Assembly: GCF_006345805.1 (NCBI RefSeq)
Contig: NW_021834049.1
Location: 1 to 27,353, forward strand
DNA length: 27,353 nucleotides
Source: Octopus sinensis
Taxonomy: Eukaryota
Reading direction: 5' to 3'
Shown one piece after another: positions 21,721 through 27,353 of the stretch. A program made the position numbers and the translations under genes. The notes beneath the pieces are model-generated. The model saw only the letters and a program-made list of their open reading frames with translations. It ran no database searches and was not told where the DNA came from. Numbering within the stretch: the first letter of the stretch is position 1; every line of letters starts with the position of its first letter.

Positions 21721-22273
21721 AAGGAGAAGGGGGAGGATTATGAGAAGAATTGCCTTATTAAACACAAGGGCTCGAAGAGCTACACAAATACAATGAACGC
21801 TAATGAGAAGGCCTTCAATGACGTGTAGGGTAAGAAGAAAAGTTATACAAACTCGAGGGAGAGAGATGAAAGATGATTTGATTTGCAATTAAAATAGCGG
21901 GGTTGGGGGGGGAATTGAAAATTTATTTAAGAAGTAGTTACACAACGGTAACAACAACTATTTTGTTGTCAATTTAAAACTACCTTCTCTTAATCTTTCC
22001 ATTCAGTAATCTAGCCCATCTTGCAGAACAGCGTGACACACCAAAGTCGTTCACTTGAAGCTCCAGTCTCATTAATGTAGTTGTAAATATAAAATTTTAT
22101 TCCACAGGATACTCATATTTTTTTCTTCGAGACTCCATCCGTAGAGGGCTACTAAGCAAGGATTATAAAGGCCCTCCTCCCTGTGTGAAAGGCCCAACTC
22201 CAAGAGTGAACCTGATATTGTTATAGCTGGGAGTACCAAAGTCAATTGCAGTAACAATAATGATGATGATGAC

Positions 22274-22328
<55 letters not shown>

Positions 22329-22347
22329 GCTCCAGCATCAATGATAA

Positions 22348-22490
22348 CGATTTCAAATTTTGGCACAAGGCCAGCAACTTCAAGGGGGTGTAAGTTGATT
22401 ACATCTACATCAGTGTTGATGTGGTACCTATTTTATCGACCCTGAAAGTATGAAAGCAAAATCGACCTTGAACTCAAGATTTGAACTCTG
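22348..22490 (-). mobile_element. Partial tRNA-derived SINE (type A-like end); tail tract at 22255-22330
   Basis: Reverse complement reads gagttcaa..ggtcgattttgctttcat..gggtcgataaaataggtacc..gctggccttgtgccaaaatttgaaatcg. Confidence 0.75.
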
Positions 22491-22689
22491 CCCTATGAGC
22501 TTTGTGCTTATATACCAGACTTGTTCGGTGACCGCTTGGCAAATATTTACTGCACCTAGAAATAAAACAGGATAATTGCCAGTTATATGAGCCAAGGAGC
22601 AGTAGTTTTACTGAGAAAAGAACCGAAAGCTTGGCGAGAGGAAGTTGCTGGGGCAGTAGCAAAATGTCTTCATGTAATACAACATAGAC

Positions 22690-23850
22690 ATTTAAATTGA
22701 CTGGGTTTTTTATAGAATGTGGGTAGTACTTATCAGCATAATCTTTGGGATTTCTCTGAGACATGATCCTCATGAGATCATATCTGGATGTTTCTGACGT
22801 CCATCTTTTATCATACCTAGGACACCTTCAATAACAGGAACAGTTTTTGCTTTTCCTTGTATTCCAATTTACAGATCCTTATATTTACCTGATTTGTCAA
22901 ATTCCTTTACAGATATGTCTTTATCAGTGGAAACACATCTATAAATGTTTTTATTCCCTGTCTTTTATAATTATGTCTTGTCGATTAGCCTGGATCACTC
23001 TGGCGGTGTTGACTAGAAAATCTCAGAGAATAATGATATGTTTGCCTTCAACGACTGGATCAGGATGATACTCATACCAGTAAGCAAGAGTGCCGATTTT
23101 GTAGTGTTTAAACATTTTCCAATGAAAACACTGTTCTGCACTATCGTGACGATTTTTGTATTTGTTTGGTGTCAGCACAGGTTATACCTATTTCTTTACT
23201 ACCCACAAGGGGCTAAACTCAGAGGGGACAAATAATGACAGACAAACAGATTAAGTCGATTATATCGACCCCTGTGCGTAACTGGTACTTATTTAATCGA
23301 CCCCGAAAGGATGAAAGGCAAAGTCGACCTCGGCGGAATTTGAACTCAGAACGTAGCGATGAGCGAAATACCGCTAAGCATTTCTTCCAGCGCTCTAACG
23401 ATTCTGCCAGCTCACCTGTGTCAGCACAGGTTATACCGAAACAAGATGGTCTGTTGTTTCGTCAAATATGTCGCAGAATCTGTATTTAGGGTCAGAACCG
23501 TTTTGAAGAAAGTTAGCCTGATAGTTTCTGATAAGCAAGGTTTGATTTAGTGCCAACATGAAACCCTCAGTCCCTCCTTTTAGTCCTCAACCTTTCAACC
23601 ACTGATGGATTGTTGCTTGGTCTACATTAGCATTTCGGTTTCGAAGCATATACTGTCCATGCAAAGGATTCTGGCTCCATCGTTCCTCGTCTGCATGATC
23701 TGTTTTGATTGTTTGGTGGAAGTGGTTTCAGATTCTTCATCAAACTCAGGGTTAATGCTAAGTAACCTTGCGAATCTGCAAGCTTCCTTAGCAATAGAAT
23801 GCGACTTTTTGCTGCTGTCATGTTTGCACACATACCGCAGCACCCAGAGC
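22690..23850 (-). mobile_element. R4/Dong-clade element copy C, sense-orientation 3' portion (post-thumb to RLE), interrupted by a SINE
   Basis: WVLRYVCKHD..KKSHSIAKEA, VDQATIHQWLK..GLKGGTEGFML, GSDPKYRFCDIFDETTDHLVS, RHD..HWKM..WYEYHPDPV, ANRQDIII, KEFDK..KYKDL, VPVIEGVLGMI. Confidence 0.88.
23189..23417 (-). mobile_element. Full-length type B SINE flanked by a 20-bp direct repeat
   Basis: gtgtcagcacaggttatacc at 23169-23188 and 23418-23437; the last 5 nt may overlap the SINE end. Confidence 0.92.
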
Positions 23851-24945
23851 TAATATCTGCCTAGCTTACTAAAGGAAGAATATACCTTCTACTCAAAACT
23901 AAAGACACAAAATATCCGAAGAACTACCAGCCGATATCATGTCTCAACACCACATACAAGATCCTCACATCCATACTGAGAGAATATATGTTTCCTGGAA
24001 TATAACTCTATCCTTTAACAGGCTCGAAAAGATTGTAAAAGAAATTCTTATGGGTGCAAATATCAATTACTCATTAGTGAAATGATTGTTGAGAATTGTC
24101 AGTACAACAAGAACCTAAGTGTGGCATGGATAGACTACAGGAAAGCGCTTGACAGCGTCCCACATAATTGGCTACTCAGGGCCCTTGAGATATATAAGGT
24201 CTCTCCTGTCATCTCCAAATTATTACAAAGTAGCATGGCCAAGTGGAACACACTCCTTCTAAACCATAGTAATGGAATGAACCAATCTAACAACATCAAT
24301 ATCAAACGAGACATTTTTCAAAGTAACTCGCTCTCTCCATAACTCTTTTGCATGGCACCAATCTCACTCTCAAACGAATTAAATAACACTCAGGTATGGT
24401 TATAAAGTTTACAATACGACAATAAAACATGTTTTATATGGACGAGTTGAAGCTGTCTGCCAGAAATTACCAAGAGCTAGTAGGGCAGCTAATAATTGTT
24501 ACAGTTTAGCCACGGCATCGGTATGAATTGGATTTTAACCACGATAAGTGTCCTAAAGCAACTTTTACAAGGGGGTAGTTCTTCGGACAAACGATCTAAC
24601 AATAAATTAGATACCGACACTGCTACCATCAAGGAACTTGACCCACGAGAATGTTATAAATACCTTGGGATAAATGAAGGAGGGAGTATACAACATGCTA
24701 CTATAAAGTTTAAAATAAGAATGGAGCATAACAGAATAAGACTCATACTAAAAACTAAACTCAACTCAAAAAATCGCATGGATATCATTAACACCCTGAC
24801 ACTTTCAGTAATCCAATACAGTTTTTACGTCATTAGCCTGAACCTTACAGAGCTCCTACGCCTGGACAGGAAGACAAGAAAACTACTAACATCTAAGAAC
24901 ATGCACCACCCAAAAGCAGATGTCGATCGTGTGTACCTACCAAGA
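23844..24945 (+). pseudogene. R4/Dong copy C reverse-transcriptase region, inverted relative to its own 3' portion
   Basis: LTKGRIYLL, KNYQPISCLNTTYKILTSI, LSVAWIDYRKALDSVPHNWL, RDIFQSNSLSP, FYMDELKL (24435-46, from YMDD), YKYLGINE, LDRKTRKLL..HHPKADVDRVYLPR. Confidence 0.92.
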
Positions 24946-24953
24946 TATAAAAT

Positions 24954-25355
24954 ATATTTCTTTACTACCCACAAGGGGACAAACAAGGACAGACAAACGG
25001 ATTAAGTCGATTATATCGACCCCAGTGTGCGTAACTGGTACTTATTTAATCGACCCCGAAAGGATGAAAGGCAAAGTCGATCTCGGCGGAATTTGAACTC
25101 AGAACGTACAGCAGACGAAATACCTATTTCTTTACTACCCACAAGGGCTAACACAGAGGGACAAACAAGGACAGACAAACGGATTAAGTCGATTATATCG
25201 ACCCCAGTGCGTAATGGTACTTAATTTATCGACCCGACGAAAGGATGAAAGGCAAGTCGACTTCGGCGGAATTTGAACTCAGAATGTAACGGCAGACGAA
25301 ATACTGCTAAATATTTCGCCCGGCGTGCTAACGTTTCTGCCAGCTCGCCGCCTTA
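24954..25355 (-). mobile_element. Type B SINE tandem dimer with a 16-bp TSD
   Basis: Two units plus one head; taccaagatataaaat (24938-53) versus tacctagatataaaat (25356-71). Confidence 0.9.
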
Positions 25356-25399
25356 TACCTAGATATAAAATGTTAATTAAAATGGTAAAATTTGAAAAA

Positions 25400-26400
25400 A
25401 GAAAAGAGCATGAAAATACATTTAAGGTTTTGCTCATACACTGGCGAGAAGCCGCTGGCTAAGTCGAGTTATAGTACGCTGTGTCTCAACCTCCACCTCA
25501 TCCGCACCCCATCCCTACACACTCTCTCATTACTGTTGGTGGTTCTGACTTGTGCATCTAAAGGAGCCCATTAACATTTTCTGAATAACAAAACAATCAA
25601 CATCTATATGTCTGATTTAATTAATCCGAATATATTTCGATTATTTTTTACCGATATTCTCTCGTCTAAGAATTTCCTTTATCCCAGCCCCAGTTTCTTC
25701 CCACAAAGGAACATATCTCCGCACTAACCTTGGCACCACAAATGTGTCGCTTTGCCGCGATCAGATAGTAGTGCGATCTTCGACAAAAAACCCAAAACTG
25801 TTTAAATCTTCGTCATTCTCATTGGTTTTATCATTATTGTTTTGAAGTAGGAAATTAATTTTTATCAGCAGGCTTTCTTCCTACACATTTCTTCTTTCCT
25901 ATTACTGTTCACCCATTTTGGGAGCTACTGCTTTCTCTTTTTTCTATTTTTCTCTTCCTCCACATCTACCACATCTTCCTCGTTATGAGACGGCTTCAAA
26001 GTACAGCTGTCGTTGTTGCTGCTACCGAAATTTTACTATTTTTGTTTTACCGAAATTTTGCTATTGTTGTTGTGGACATATTTCTTTCTCAAAGTCTTCG
26101 CAGATGAAAGTATCATGGTCAGCAACCATGAACAGAAAACAAGGTGATCTGCCCCGGCAACCTATAGGCCAGTGGGCTGTTGAAATGGTTGCCTTCGGAT
26201 CCTGCTTTTATAATCGTCCTATAGTTCGATTTCTGAACTCCCGGGGTCGGAAGGTCGTTATATGGTGCTTACTGACATAAGCATTTCGCTAGGCACCCTG
26301 CTTTGCACCATCTAACACCATGATTATATTTCTGAGTCTATATCAAGGCAAAGGGTGATCCCGTGCTCTGAAAGAGAAAAACTGAAGTATGTGTATATGG
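25400..26400 (-). mobile_element. Highly decayed Tx1/L1-like element: ORF1 zinc-knuckle remnant and ORF2 endonuclease start
   Basis: GRSP-CFLFMVADHDTFIC at about 26099-26153 (CX2[C]X4HX4C with one Cys lost); downstream RHIDVDCFVIQK and LDLASGFSPVY resemble APE motifs. Confidence 0.45.
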
Positions 26401-26435
26401 AAGCTATAGTGTAAAGTCAAGTAGGGATATTAATA

Positions 26436-26720
26436 GTGATCGCCAAGCTAACATGGCAGTCCAGAAAAATAGGACGAATGCTGCCGTTGATTAGCTAGCT
26501 ATGTGACGCCTCTAGCTAACTATGTGACACACAAAGCTGTGTCGATTATTACATTCGAACAGGGGAAGTCAGCAGCTTCCCCTTGGTGGTCTAGCACCCA
26601 CAGACTAGTTTAGAGGTAGTTGCCCCTTACCAATGTGGAGTAGCCGAACCCAAGATTGGAGCTAATCAACGGCAGCATTCGTCCTATTTTTCTGGACTGC
26701 CATGTTAGCTTGGCGATAAC
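26436..26720. mobile_element. MITE, 285 bp, with 61-bp TIRs (1 mismatch)
   Basis: TIRs at 26436-26496 and 26660-26720; TATTAATA on both sides (26428-35, 26721-28); non-coding interior. Confidence 0.9.
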
Positions 26721-26984
26721 TATTAATAACCAGTAACGCTGCCGTAGACTCCTTTAGAGAGAATTAGAAATAATGATATTTCTACAAGTTGGGATAGACT
26801 ATTAACAATACACATAAAGTTTTGAAAACTAAGGAGCAACGACAAGCAACATAATAGCGGCAACTCTAAGGTGAGCTATAGGGTATAGAAAAGCTATCTT
26901 TATCATAGAAAAAAAACTGTGAAATAGATGAAATTTATGCTACATAACGAAGTTCCTACATACACGGACACATACATAGTACGT

Positions 26985-27230
26985 ATTTATATGTGCACGT
27001 ATATATGTGCGTGTGCATGTGTGTACATTTGCATATATATATCAATATACGCTTATATATTGTAGACATACACGCGTATACATTTAAACATGTAAATACA
27101 TATATGCTATCTATATATGTATGTGTATATAATATATATATATATATTATATTATTATATGTATATATTATATATTATATATATATATAATATATATATT
27201 ATATATATATATTATGCGTATGTATTATAA
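26985..27230. repeat. (TA)n/(TG)n microsatellite field
   Basis: Directly visible. Confidence 0.9.
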
Positions 27231-27353
27231 AATTGTGTTTACGCTGGGACTACATTTTCATGTTACGGTTTTACGATCAGCGCAGTTGAATAAGCCATTA
27301 GTCGACACTTAAAAACCCACTCCAGACGAATACTGTAACAAATTCACTATTAT

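Overview
AT-rich, repeat-saturated eukaryotic DNA, most likely intronic or intergenic sequence from an octopus. This assignment is an inference from the recurrent tRNA-like SINE and the extreme microsatellite load; it was not database-checked. No intact protein-coding gene is supportable, and nearly all long ORFs in the track are microsatellite read-through. The window holds about ten copies of one tRNA-headed SINE (monomers, tandem dimers, three alternative 3' ends), three R4/Dong-clade (RLE) non-LTR remnants, three Tx1/L1-like remnants, an internally deleted Tc1/mariner element, a Merlin-like TIR element, a small MITE, a recent 203-bp inverted duplication and large compound microsatellites. 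Best leads: (1) a cluster of (TA)n-embedded fold-back elements at 4.85-8.15 kb whose arms carry minimal type-I hammerhead ribozyme motifs, probably Penelope-derived, with every arm singly mutated; (2) a Dong/R4 element with an inverted 5' segment in twin-priming geometry; (3) SINE multimerisation and tail swapping; (4) an unusually high density of dsRNA-forming inverted repeats. All alignments were made by eye, so boundaries of old elements are approximate.
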